Shown: positions 54,250 through 63,412 of the stretch, piece after piece
Numbering within the stretch: position 1 is the stretch's first letter
Layout of the letters: each line of letters starts with the position of its first letter
From: Sulfurimonas sp.
Lineage (GTDB): Bacteria; Campylobacterota; Campylobacteria; Campylobacterales; Sulfurimonadaceae
DNA: 64,000 nt
NCBI RefSeq assembly: GCF_028713515.1
Contig: NZ_JAQTOD010000002.1
Span: 178,501 to 242,500, forward strand
Direction: 5' to 3'
Notes under the pieces: model-generated
Told to the model about the DNA's origin: nothing
The model's input: only the letters and a program-made list of their open reading frames with translations
Databases searched by the model: none
Translations under genes and position numbers: made by a program

Positions 54250-55461
54250 TTAATCTTGTAAAAATTCTAGTTCGAGAGCCACTAAATCATCAAAAGTTTC
54301 TCGTTTACGAATTAATCTTGCCTTGCCATCGCTAATCGCAATTTCAGCACTTCTGCCTCTGGTGTTGTAGTTACTTCCCATACCAAAACCATATGCCCCA
54401 GCACTATGAACCACAAGCAAATCATTATGTTCTAAAATTGGAAGTGAGTAATTTTTTGCAAGAAAATCACCACTTTCACAAACAGGACCAACAATATCAG
54501 CTATTGTCGCCTCAGTTTTACTATCAGTAATTGCCTCTATCTTATGGTAAGCACCATAAAGGCTTGGACGAATCAAGTCGTTCATCGCCCCATCAACCAC
54601 AACAAATCTTTTCAAGCCATTTTGTTTTTCATACAGAACTTTTGTTAAAAAGTATCCTGCATTTGCTGTTAAAAATCTACCCGGTTCACAGATGACAGTT
54701 AAATCAAGACCCTTGAGTGTAATTAAAATAAGTTGAGCATAATTATATGGATCTATAGTTGTTTCGTCGTTATATTTAACACCAAGGCCGCCACCGATAT
54801 CAAAAAACTTTAGCTCTATCTTAAGTGCCATTAAAGAGCGAACCAAGTCAGCAACAATCACGGCCGATTCATAAATAGGCTCCGCTTGGGTTAGCTGAGA
54901 ACCTATATGAAAATGGATTCCAACTGGGTCTAAATGCTCAGAGTTGTTGGCACGAATATACATTCTTTTTGCCATATCTATCTCAACACCAAACTTATTA
55001 TCATGAAGTCCTGTTGAGATATATGGATGGGTTTTGGGATCGATGTTTGGATTTACTCTCACGCTAATTCTACAAACTGTGTTTAACTCTTTTGCTATAA
55101 GCTCAACTCGTAAAAGCTCTGCTTCGCTCTCGACATTGATGTATAAAATGTCTCTCTCGATAGCCTCTCTAATCTCATCATCACTCTTACCAACGCCAGA
55201 GAAAATAATCTTATATTTTGGAACACCTGCTAAAAATGCACGACGAACTTCACCGATAGAGACACAATCTGCACCGCTTCCAAGATTTGCAAAATGCTTA
55301 ATAACACTAAGATTTGAATTTGATTTGACAGCAAAAGCCATAATTGATTTTCTACCTTTAAAAGCCACTTTTAGCTCTTCGTACTGCTTTGTCATATAGT
55401 CAAAATCATAAACATAGAGTGGGGTTTTGTAGGTTTGGGCTAACTCTTTAAAATTTATCAC
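54250..55461 (-). CDS. lysA: diaminopimelate decarboxylase
   Basis: FAVKSN PLP lysine, HFHIGSQ, EPGR, CESGD motifs. GTG start. Confidence 0.95.
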   Translation of the reverse strand: MINFKELAQTYKTPLYVYDFDYMTKQYEELKVAFKGRKSIMAFAVKSNSNLSVIKHFANLGSGADCVSIGEVRRAFLAGVPKYKIIFSGVGKSDDEIREAIERDILYINVESEAELLRVELIAKELNTVCRISVRVNPNIDPKTHPYISTGLHDNKFGVEIDMAKRMYIRANNSEHLDPVGIHFHIGSQLTQAEPIYESAVIVADLVRSLMALKIELKFFDIGGGLGVKYNDETTIDPYNYAQLILITLKGLDLTVICEPGRFLTANAGYFLTKVLYEKQNGLKRFVVVDGAMNDLIRPSLYGAYHKIEAITDSKTEATIADIVGPVCESGDFLAKNYSLPILEHNDLLVVHSAGAYGFGMGSNYNTRGRSAEIAISDGKARLIRKRETFDDLVALELEFLQD

Positions 55462-55504
55462 AAAAAAGTCCTAAATATTTTTTGCTTATTTTATCTAAAA
55501 TGTA

Positions 55505-55525
55505 CTTATACCAAACTCAACTAAC
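55505..55525 (-). promoter_or_regulatory. lysA promoter box (minus strand GTTAGTTGAGTTTGGTATAAG)
   Basis: Extended -10 TGGTATAAG, 44 nt upstream of the lysA start. 20 of its nt are identical to the pyrB box. Confidence 0.55.
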
Positions 55526-55560
55526 GGCGCACATACAAGCATAGTTAATTTTCGGATTCT

Positions 55561-56622
55561 CTAACTATATTTTCTCCACTGCCTAATAGCCACAGCGCTT
55601 AAAATTATCTGCGGAACTATGATTCCAATCTCACTATATATGGTTTTATTATTTGATAATTCAATAAGAATAAACAAAATAGCCCAAGCAAAAAGCGATG
55701 ATACGATAGCTGTAAAACTAAAGAGAGATACATTTAAAAATCTAATACTTACTGGGACAAAAAAGAAGATTATAATTATTAGGCTTGGTACAAAAAGTGG
55801 ATAAATAAACATCTTATACAAAACACTCTTCACAACATCGGTATTAATTTTTTGAGCCTTTAGAAGTATGAAAGCATCAACAGCATCTATAACAGTAAAG
55901 TTTACTTTTCCCTCATAAACTTGATCTAACATTTTTGGACGAAATCCATGAAGAATTTTTAATCCATCCTCTTCTTTAACTCTTATACCAAGGGATTTAA
56001 AATCTATATTATCTGGCTTTGTTATAATGTCCGCTTTTTTAATATACCATGACTCATCAACATATTTAGCTTCTGTTGCCATTAGAACTTCTTTTAATGA
56101 ATTATTTACTAGTGTAAAAACTCTAATACCTTCAGCTCTCTCTTGAAGTGGCAACAGGCTTGAAAAATAGACAAATTTATCTTCATATGTAAAAAAAAGA
56201 TTGCTTGATGGATTTAGATATTGTGTGTTTTTGCGAATATTTTTAGCAAATTCATCTGCTCTAGCAAAATTTGGTAATGAGTGAAGTGATATAAAAATAA
56301 GTATAGTAACACTTGAGACAACAACAAAGGGCCTTAAAACATCAATTCTCGAATAACCAAGAGAGTAGAATGATACAAGAGCATTTGATCGGATTAGAAA
56401 AATCTTTGTAGTTATCATAGCAAAAACAAGCGAAAGAGGAAGAAGAATATCAACTGCATAGAAAGATTTATATACCAAATATATAAGAAGAAGATTTGCA
56501 GAAATATCTAATTTTTCTGTATTTCCCATATAGTCAAATCCAACCATAAACATGACAAGAGCAAGTAAAATAATAGCGAAATACTTGATGTAGTGCAGAG
56601 AGATATAGTTAAATGCCAACAT
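55561..56622 (-). CDS. LptF/LptG-family LPS export permease (YjgP/YjgQ)
   Basis: 353 aa. Three TM segments, a periplasmic beta-jellyroll region, then three more TM segments. Same position as C. jejuni Cj0313 by recollection. Confidence 0.82.
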   Translation of the reverse strand: MLAFNYISLHYIKYFAIILLALVMFMVGFDYMGNTEKLDISANLLLIYLVYKSFYAVDILLPLSLVFAMITTKIFLIRSNALVSFYSLGYSRIDVLRPFVVVSSVTILIFISLHSLPNFARADEFAKNIRKNTQYLNPSSNLFFTYEDKFVYFSSLLPLQERAEGIRVFTLVNNSLKEVLMATEAKYVDESWYIKKADIITKPDNIDFKSLGIRVKEEDGLKILHGFRPKMLDQVYEGKVNFTVIDAVDAFILLKAQKINTDVVKSVLYKMFIYPLFVPSLIIIIFFFVPVSIRFLNVSLFSFTAIVSSLFAWAILFILIELSNNKTIYSEIGIIVPQIILSAVAIRQWRKYS

Positions 56623-56645
56623 GTAGATCCATTTAGTAGTTTGGG

Positions 56646-57203
56646 TTATTTTAGCTGAAAATTTTTAATTGTATATTTAGAGCTTGTATCTTCTAGCGAA
56701 TTTTTTAGCAGATATTCCACTGCCTCAGATGCCGAAGATATCCACTCTTTCAGATATTTCTCTTCATCTATAGAAAAGGGACTAAGAACAAAAGATGCCA
56801 CTTCACCCTTATGTTCGGGTTTTCCAATGCCCATACGGATTCTTATATACTCTTTAGATATCTTTTCATCAGCGGATTTAAGTCCATTATGTCCGCCATG
56901 TCCGCCACCTCTCTTAAAGCGAATGGTTCCAAATGGGAGATCTAAATCATCATGTATTACAACAACTTCATCGATTTTATAAAAAGATTTTACAGCTTCA
57001 ATGGATTCGCCCGAAAGATTCATAAAAGTAAGTGGTTTTAATAAAAAATGATTTGAGAATTTGAAAAGTTCACCCTTAAATGATGAGGAGCTTATTTTTT
57101 GAGAGTTTGTTTTTTTTACAAGATTATCGATAACCATAAAACCGATATTGTGACGAGTTTTTTCATAGTTTTGGCCTGGATTTCCCAGGCCGACTATTAG
57201 CAT
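56646..57203 (-). CDS. pth: peptidyl-tRNA hydrolase
   Basis: MLIVGLGNPG..Y..TRHNIGF, GGHNGL. Confidence 0.95.
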   Translation of the reverse strand: MLIVGLGNPGQNYEKTRHNIGFMVIDNLVKKTNSQKISSSSFKGELFKFSNHFLLKPLTFMNLSGESIEAVKSFYKIDEVVVIHDDLDLPFGTIRFKRGGGHGGHNGLKSADEKISKEYIRIRMGIGKPEHKGEVASFVLSPFSIDEEKYLKEWISSASEAVEYLLKNSLEDTSSKYTIKNFQLK

Positions 57204-57205
57204 AA

Positions 57206-57742
57206 TTATTTTGCCTTAATTACACTTAATACAGATACACGATCAGAATCAGTAAATGTAACATTAGGTATTTTTGCTAATTCACGAATTAGCATTGAAT
57301 CACCAACATCCATTGGAGAAACATCAACATATATTGCATTTGGAGTATTTTCGATTGCCGCTTTTACTCTTAAACGAGGTTTTGCAACATGAACAAGACC
57401 TTTATTTTTTAGACCGATTGCATCACCTTGTGGCACAACTGGAACATGATAGTGAGTTACAACACCTGATTGTGCAACCATCAAATCTACATGTAAAAGC
57501 AGTGCAGTTACTGGATGTGCCTCATATGATTGAACTACAACATTCATCTCTTTTCCACCCACAGTAATCGGGAATGATAAAGTATCTTTGTTGCGAACAG
57601 TACGGATATACTCATTCATTTTGAACGCAGCATGAATATTTTCAAGCCCTTTTCCGTAGATGTTTGCGATTAGATATCCATCACGGCGAAGTGCTTTCGT
57701 ACCCTTCTTGCCAATACTCTCTCTAATTATGCCTTCTAACAT
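57206..57742 (-). CDS. rplY: 50S ribosomal protein L25 / general stress protein Ctc
   Basis: GKKGTKALRRDGYLIANIYGKG; two-domain Ctc form, 178 aa. Confidence 0.9.
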   Translation of the reverse strand: MLEGIIRESIGKKGTKALRRDGYLIANIYGKGLENIHAAFKMNEYIRTVRNKDTLSFPITVGGKEMNVVVQSYEAHPVTALLLHVDLMVAQSGVVTHYHVPVVPQGDAIGLKNKGLVHVAKPRLRVKAAIENTPNAIYVDVSPMDVGDSMLIRELAKIPNVTFTDSDRVSVLSVIKAK

Positions 57743-57807
57743 ATTGAATCCTTAATAAAAAATGTTTGGAATTTTACCTTTTTATGCTTTAAGCAGAGTT
57801 AAATATA

Positions 57808-59004
57808 CTACTTTAAATCAAAAATATCATCATCCCTACTATTTCTACTCTCTTTTACTTCATGTTGCTCACTATGGGATGGGTTTTTACTACTGTTAAA
57901 TCCATTCATTTTAAGCTCCAAATCAGATGGGCTTGTTGCATAATCTTTTGCTTTTTCTCTTGTGATAATACCGTCGTTGTATATGTCAAGTATGTGTTGA
58001 TCAAAACTTTGAGATTTATAGTGCTCTCTGCCTTTTTCTATTGTCTCCTTAATCTCATAGTCACGATTTTCCATTATCAACTTCTCTATGGTTGCCGTCT
58101 TAACTAGAACTTCCATAGCCGCAACTCGCTTGCCCTCTATTGTTGGTATAAGTCTTTGAGAAATAACACCTTTTAAAACACCAGAAAGTGCTAAACGAAC
58201 ACGATTTTGCTCATCTGTTGGAAACATTCCGATAACACGATTTATTGTCTCTTTTGCATCTATTGTATGGAGTGTTGAAAAAACAAGATGCCCAGTATCT
58301 GCCGCGTGCAGTGCGAGCTCCACCGTCTCTCTATCTCTCATCTCTCCAACAAGTATGATATCTGGATCTTCACGAAGTGCGGCTCGTAGTGCTCTATCAA
58401 AAGAGAGGGTATCTTGTCCAACTGAGCGTTGGTTTATGATACATCCTCTATCTTTATGTACAAACTCGATTGGATCTTCTATGGTTATGATATGTTTTTT
58501 TGCTGTTAAATTAATCTCATTTATCATGGCTGCAAGAGTAGTTGACTTTCCACTACCAGTTGCTCCAGTTACTAGAATAAGCCCGCGAGACTCTTTTGTA
58601 AAAGCTTCTATAGCTTCTGGAAATTTCATCTTTTCAAGTGTAGGAACTTCCATTGGAATAACACGAAAAACAAAAGATGGTCCATCTGTTTGAAAGAAAA
58701 TATTTACACGAAAACGGTTTTTTTCGTCAAATTGGTAGACTAAATCTATCTCCTTATTCTGAATAAACTCACCATATCTACCTCTGAGAATCTCTTTTGA
58801 TAAAGTCATAGCCATCTCATGAGTAAATATCCCGCCAGAAAACTGAATAATACTTCCATTTATTCTAGCACGAATAACACCATTTGCTTTGACATGCAAG
58901 TCACTTCCACCAACTTCTATCAATTTTTTAAGGTATGCCCTAATCTTTTTTAACTCTTCAAAAGTTAGCAGACTAATATCTACTGCGTGCTCGCTACTAC
59001 TCAT
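57808..59004 (-). CDS. pilT: PilT-family type IV pilus retraction-like ATPase
   Basis: GSDLHV, GATGSGKSTT Walker A, ILVGEMRD, GHLVFSTLHT His box. 398 aa with a charged C-terminal tail. Confidence 0.85.
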   Translation of the reverse strand: MSSSEHAVDISLLTFEELKKIRAYLKKLIEVGGSDLHVKANGVIRARINGSIIQFSGGIFTHEMAMTLSKEILRGRYGEFIQNKEIDLVYQFDEKNRFRVNIFFQTDGPSFVFRVIPMEVPTLEKMKFPEAIEAFTKESRGLILVTGATGSGKSTTLAAMINEINLTAKKHIITIEDPIEFVHKDRGCIINQRSVGQDTLSFDRALRAALREDPDIILVGEMRDRETVELALHAADTGHLVFSTLHTIDAKETINRVIGMFPTDEQNRVRLALSGVLKGVISQRLIPTIEGKRVAAMEVLVKTATIEKLIMENRDYEIKETIEKGREHYKSQSFDQHILDIYNDGIITREKAKDYATSPSDLELKMNGFNSSKNPSHSEQHEVKESRNSRDDDIFDLK

Positions 59005-59984
59005 AGTGCCTCCAAAATATCTTTAAAAGCAATTTTAAATGATTCTAAACCATCTCTTATTTGCCCATCTAAAACTGCTTCAAAAGCTATGCCCAAATCA
59101 CTAACTTTTTTAAAATGCTCTTTAATAATAGCTGATGAAATTGGTAAAACACCATCTCTTAAACTACTCTCATTATAAAATGATTCTATTGTATCTAGCG
59201 GTGCAGTATTTACACTATTGTATGCTAAAAGATTTTCAATATAATAGTGTGGCTTTAAGGAGTTGCCCTTTACTCCAGTGCTTGCAAAAAGTACTCTACA
59301 ACCTTCTATCCTCATTTTCTCTATTTCCGAATATATCTCTGAACTGTTATAAATTCCGCAAAGTGCCACGGCTACGCCACCTGCTGCTAACCTCTCATCT
59401 AGCGCTCTATCGATTCTGCTTACAAAAACACTTATAACGGTATCAACTTTAGAGTTATGACTCTTTAAGCCCTCAATAAAAGCATTTGCGCAAGATAGTG
59501 CCTGTGACTTCTTAAATATAAGTGTAGCGTTAACTGGGATTTTACTTTTAACTAGCTCTCTCATAGCAATATAACCAGCCTCGGTTGCAGGAATTTTTAT
59601 CATAACATTTTCTCTACCAATTTGCTTAAAGAGTCTCTTTCCTTCCTCTATGGTAGCATCTGCATCATCGCAAAGGTATGGATCAACCTCTATACTAACA
59701 TAACCATCGTTGCCTACATCATAAAGTGGTTTTAGTATATCTGCTGCCTTTTGAATATCAAATATTGCAACTGCTTCATATTTTTGTTTTGGAGAAAGAG
59801 ATTTAAGAACACTTAACTGCTCTTTATAGGCACTCGATGTTAAAATCGCACTCTTAAATATTGCCGGATTAGATGTTGCACCATTTATAATCCCTTTTTT
59901 AATCAAATCTTTAAACTCATTATCAAGATACTCTCTCTCGATAAAATCTGCCCATAAAGAGAACTTTAACTCTTTTATATACAC
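59001..59984 (-). CDS. tal: transaldolase
   Basis: GATSNPAIF, MIKIPAT active-site lysine motif; 327 aa. Confidence 0.9.
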   Translation of the reverse strand: MYIKELKFSLWADFIEREYLDNEFKDLIKKGIINGATSNPAIFKSAILTSSAYKEQLSVLKSLSPKQKYEAVAIFDIQKAADILKPLYDVGNDGYVSIEVDPYLCDDADATIEEGKRLFKQIGRENVMIKIPATEAGYIAMRELVKSKIPVNATLIFKKSQALSCANAFIEGLKSHNSKVDTVISVFVSRIDRALDERLAAGGVAVALCGIYNSSEIYSEIEKMRIEGCRVLFASTGVKGNSLKPHYYIENLLAYNSVNTAPLDTIESFYNESSLRDGVLPISSAIIKEHFKKVSDLGIAFEAVLDGQIRDGLESFKIAFKDILEAL

Positions 59985-60028
59985 ACCAACCCCTTTTTAT
60001 AGTTTTTTTTCAATTTACAATAAATCAA

Positions 60029-60967
60029 TTACGGCAAATATATCTTATCCAATAATTCATTATATTCGCTTTTTGCATCACTATCTAGCGTTATGCCTCC
60101 GCCACTCTTATAAATAAGTCCATCTGCTGTTTTTTCTATATAACGAATCATTACTCCGCTATCAAAACTCTTGCCATCATACACACCAAAGACTCCACTA
60201 AAAAAACCTCTTTCATACATTTCGACTCTATGTATAATATCCAAAGTGCTTTTTTTTGGGGCTCCACTTATGCTCCCAGCTGGAAGCATTGCTTTTAAAA
60301 TATCGCCTATTTTTTCATGCCAATTGCCAAAAAGGCTCCCGCTTATATGAGAGCTTACTTGAAGAAGCCTCTTTTCTCCGGCATCTATACTTTTTACATA
60401 TCTAAACTTCTCTACCCTGACATCTGAGGCTACAATTGAGAGGTCGTTTCTTAGTAAATCTACAACCATAATATGTTCTGCCATCTCTTTTTTGTCGCTT
60501 AAGATTATGTTTTTGGCATCTGGTATCTGGGCATCAATTGTACCTTTCATTGGAAAAGTATGGATACGGGACTCTCTTATGCAGATAAACTGCTCTGGAG
60601 AGAAACAAACAAACTCATCCTTGTATCTTAGCTTATAGTGGGCATTTGCATTTGCATAAATCTCTTTTAGTGTGAGACTTGTTCTAATCTTTGATGGCTG
60701 AGTGAGATTGAGAAGATATGTATTTCCAGATTTTATATCTTCCATTACGGAGTTAAATTTTTTTTCATAGTCGCTAAAATTTGAGGCAAGCTTCTCCAAA
60801 GTGTGACTATGTTTTTTCACTTCAAAATGCTCATTTATAGAAAACTCAATGTCATTATCATCAAGCTCATCTAATGCTATTATTTTTAAGTTTTGTGCTT
60901 TAAAATCAGATATAAAAAGAAAGGGTTTGCGTTTTTCCCCAAAAGAGTTTAAATCATCAAATGTCAT
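60029..60967 (-). CDS. pabB: chorismate-binding enzyme, aminodeoxychorismate synthase component I-like (short form)
   Basis: [36 protein letters not shown] motifs. 312 aa, lacking the usual N-terminal region. Confidence 0.78.
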   Translation of the reverse strand: MTFDDLNSFGEKRKPFLFISDFKAQNLKIIALDELDDNDIEFSINEHFEVKKHSHTLEKLASNFSDYEKKFNSVMEDIKSGNTYLLNLTQPSKIRTSLTLKEIYANANAHYKLRYKDEFVCFSPEQFICIRESRIHTFPMKGTIDAQIPDAKNIILSDKKEMAEHIMVVDLLRNDLSIVASDVRVEKFRYVKSIDAGEKRLLQVSSHISGSLFGNWHEKIGDILKAMLPAGSISGAPKKSTLDIIHRVEMYERGFFSGVFGVYDGKSFDSGVMIRYIEKTADGLIYKSGGGITLDSDAKSEYNELLDKIYLP

Positions 60968-61847
60968 AAATAAGTTTTTTTAAAACTGCCATTCTTATTG
61001 GAACACCATTTGAGACCTGCTCTAAAACTTTACATCTTTTATCGGACAATAAAACATCATCAATATCAATATTTCTATGGACTGGTCCAGGGTGAAGGAT
61101 TATAATATCCCTATCTCCTACAAGTTCAGCAGTGATACAAAAATCACTTGCATAATCCTTCAAAGAGGCATAACTTTGAGATGAGTGTCTTTCAGTCTGT
61201 GTTCTAAGACTCATAATCGCATCAACTTCATCAATTATCTCATTTAAAAAGTGGGTTGTTCTGAGTTTTGTTTTTGGCAAAAATTGAGGAGGTGCAACCA
61301 AAATAACCTCCATTCCAAATCTGCCTAAAAGCTCAATATTTGAGTTTGCAACCCGCGAATTTATAATATCACCAACAATAGCTATCTTTTTACCAACCAG
61401 ATCCCCAAAATGCTCCCTAAGGGTAAAGAGGTCTAAAAGGGCTTGTGTTGGATGGGCGTGTGCTCCGTCTCCAGCGTTTATTATGGAAGCTCTTGTATTG
61501 CTTGAGAGTATGCTTGGAACGCCTGAGTTTTGGTGCCTTACTATTATCGCATGGGGATACATCGCATCAAGATTCATGGCGGTATCTATGAGTGTCTCGC
61601 CCTTACTTGTAGAGCTCTTTGTTACATCAAGATGAACAACTTCTGCCCCCAATCTCTTAGCAGCAATCTCAAATGAACTTCTTGTACGAGTTGAGTTTTC
61701 AAAAAAGAGAGTAATAATCACCTTATCTTGAAGAATTTTTTCAAACTTTTCACCATTTTTTATCTTCTCGTTAAAAATTTTTGCATCTCTTAAGATGCCC
61801 TCTATCTCTTCATTGTTAAAATCATCCGTACGAAGTAAATGTTTCAT
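60957..61847 (-). CDS. pyrB: aspartate carbamoyltransferase catalytic subunit
   Basis: [17 protein letters not shown] motifs. Confidence 0.95.
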   Translation of the reverse strand: MKHLLRTDDFNNEEIEGILRDAKIFNEKIKNGEKFEKILQDKVIITLFFENSTRTRSSFEIAAKRLGAEVVHLDVTKSSTSKGETLIDTAMNLDAMYPHAIIVRHQNSGVPSILSSNTRASIINAGDGAHAHPTQALLDLFTLREHFGDLVGKKIAIVGDIINSRVANSNIELLGRFGMEVILVAPPQFLPKTKLRTTHFLNEIIDEVDAIMSLRTQTERHSSQSYASLKDYASDFCITAELVGDRDIIILHPGPVHRNIDIDDVLLSDKRCKVLEQVSNGVPIRMAVLKKLIYDI

Positions 61848-61882
61848 AATGCTCTTTTTTGAATATTTATTGATTATGCAAC

Positions 61883-61903
61883 ATTATACCAAACTCAACT
61901 AAC
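61883..61903 (-). promoter_or_regulatory. pyrB promoter box (minus strand GTTAGTTGAGTTTGGTATAAT)
   Basis: Extended -10 TGGTATAAT, 36 nt upstream of the pyrB ATG. 20 nt are identical to the lysA box. Confidence 0.55.
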
Positions 61904-61924
61904 CACATATACTTAAGAGTTAAA

Positions 61925-62566
61925 TCAAATTTCCAATAAAATATCACATATCTCTTTTATATTTTCGCCAACTTTTAACACATCTAAATTTGATTTTAAA
62001 AAATAATCCTTCGAAGTTATCGCAAAATCATTATCATTTTCTCTGCAGTTAAACGCTACTGTATATTTTATATTTTTATCATCTAGTGCTTTTTTACTAA
62101 GAAGCGTATCATTTATACATCCCAACGAGCAATGCGTAACCAAGAGAGCCGAAGCACCAAAGTGAGATATCAAATCAATCATCATAAAATCTTTATCAAT
62201 TGGCGTGTAAAGTCCGCCAGCACCCTCAATGATTAGTAAATCACATAATTTTTCAATTTTCTCCACCGCATCATCAAGTAGCTTTAAATCCAAAGGAGCA
62301 TTTCCTGAAGCAACAAAAGGAGCTGCTGGAAGTTTGTAGGTTATTGGAGCAATATCGTCTATTTTTATATCTTTAAATTCATTATTTAGTCTTTTCAAAG
62401 ATGTCAAAATCTCTTGCGCATCCAAAGGAAAACTAGCAACCCCTGTCTCTATTGGCTTTATTGCCCCAACCCTAATGCCACGAAATGCGAACTCTTCTAA
62501 AAGCAATTTTGTTGTATATGTCTTTCCGATATTTGTATTTGTAGCCGTTATAAAAATTCGTTTCAT
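61925..62566 (-). CDS. bioD: dethiobiotin synthase
   Basis: FITATNTNIGKTYTT P-loop, IEGAGG. Confidence 0.88.
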   Translation of the reverse strand: MKRIFITATNTNIGKTYTTKLLLEEFAFRGIRVGAIKPIETGVASFPLDAQEILTSLKRLNNEFKDIKIDDIAPITYKLPAAPFVASGNAPLDLKLLDDAVEKIEKLCDLLIIEGAGGLYTPIDKDFMMIDLISHFGASALLVTHCSLGCINDTLLSKKALDDKNIKYTVAFNCRENDNDFAITSKDYFLKSNLDVLKVGENIKEICDILLEI

Positions 62567-62621
62567 ACCGCTCCAGCTTATTTTAGTTAGTGAATTTTAG
62601 CCTCTTTATATTAAATCATCA

Positions 62622-63290
62622 CTACAGATTTATACACCAGTCAATCTCTTTTTTATTGTGAGCTTTTAGATATAGATTGGTTTTTGAAAAAGGTTTTGAG
62701 CCAAAGAAACCTCTATAGCAAGAGAGCGGAGATGGATGTGGAGCCCTCAAAACAAGATGTTTGTTTTCATCAATAAAAGACGCTTTTTTTTGCGATGAGT
62801 TTCCCCATAAAATAAAAACTATATTTTCAAACATAATTGACATAGTCCTAACAACGCAATCTGTGAATTTTTCCCAACCAATATTTTGATGCGAGTTTGG
62901 CTTTGACTCAACTACGCTCAGTACGCTGTTTATGAGCAAAACACCATCCTCTGCCCACTTAGTTAAGTCACCATAACTTGGCACAGCACACCCAACATCA
63001 TCCTCAAGTTCTTTAAATATATTTCGCAATGATGGCGGAATAACACATCCTTTATATACAGAAAATGCTAAACCATTCGCTTGATTCTCACCATGATACG
63101 GGTCTTGACCCAATACAACCACCTTAACTTTATCAACAGCCGTTATATTAAAAGCCCTAAAAACATCCTCTTGTTTAGGAAATATCTTTTTAGTTTTATA
63201 TTCCGACTCTATAAATGATAAAAGCTCAACAAAATACTCTTTATCTAGCTCATCTTTTAAAATAAGCTGCCAATCACTATTTAATCTCAT
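62622..63290 (-). CDS. ung: uracil-DNA glycosylase (family 1)
   Basis: GQDPYHG water-activating loop, HPSPLS leucine loop. Confidence 0.95.
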   Translation of the reverse strand: MRLNSDWQLILKDELDKEYFVELLSFIESEYKTKKIFPKQEDVFRAFNITAVDKVKVVVLGQDPYHGENQANGLAFSVYKGCVIPPSLRNIFKELEDDVGCAVPSYGDLTKWAEDGVLLINSVLSVVESKPNSHQNIGWEKFTDCVVRTMSIMFENIVFILWGNSSQKKASFIDENKHLVLRAPHPSPLSCYRGFFGSKPFSKTNLYLKAHNKKEIDWCINL

Positions 63291-63412
63291 GTTTATTCCT
63301 AAATATTACAGCTAACTAATTTGTAAAAATACCTCAGTATAGAGGAAATTTAATATTTTCAACCACTAAAGCATATCACTTTAGCAATATTATTCGCTTA
63401 TATTACCAAATT

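Noticed and set aside
47761-55461. Flagellar genes fliF-fliG-fliH embedded between amino-acid biosynthesis genes (lysA, pheA, hisC) and dxs. At first sight this looks like an odd mosaic or insertion.
   Set aside because: From memory, the same order is conserved in C. jejuni (Cj0314-Cj0321) and partly in H. pylori (HP0351-HP0354). It is ancestral synteny, not a novel arrangement.
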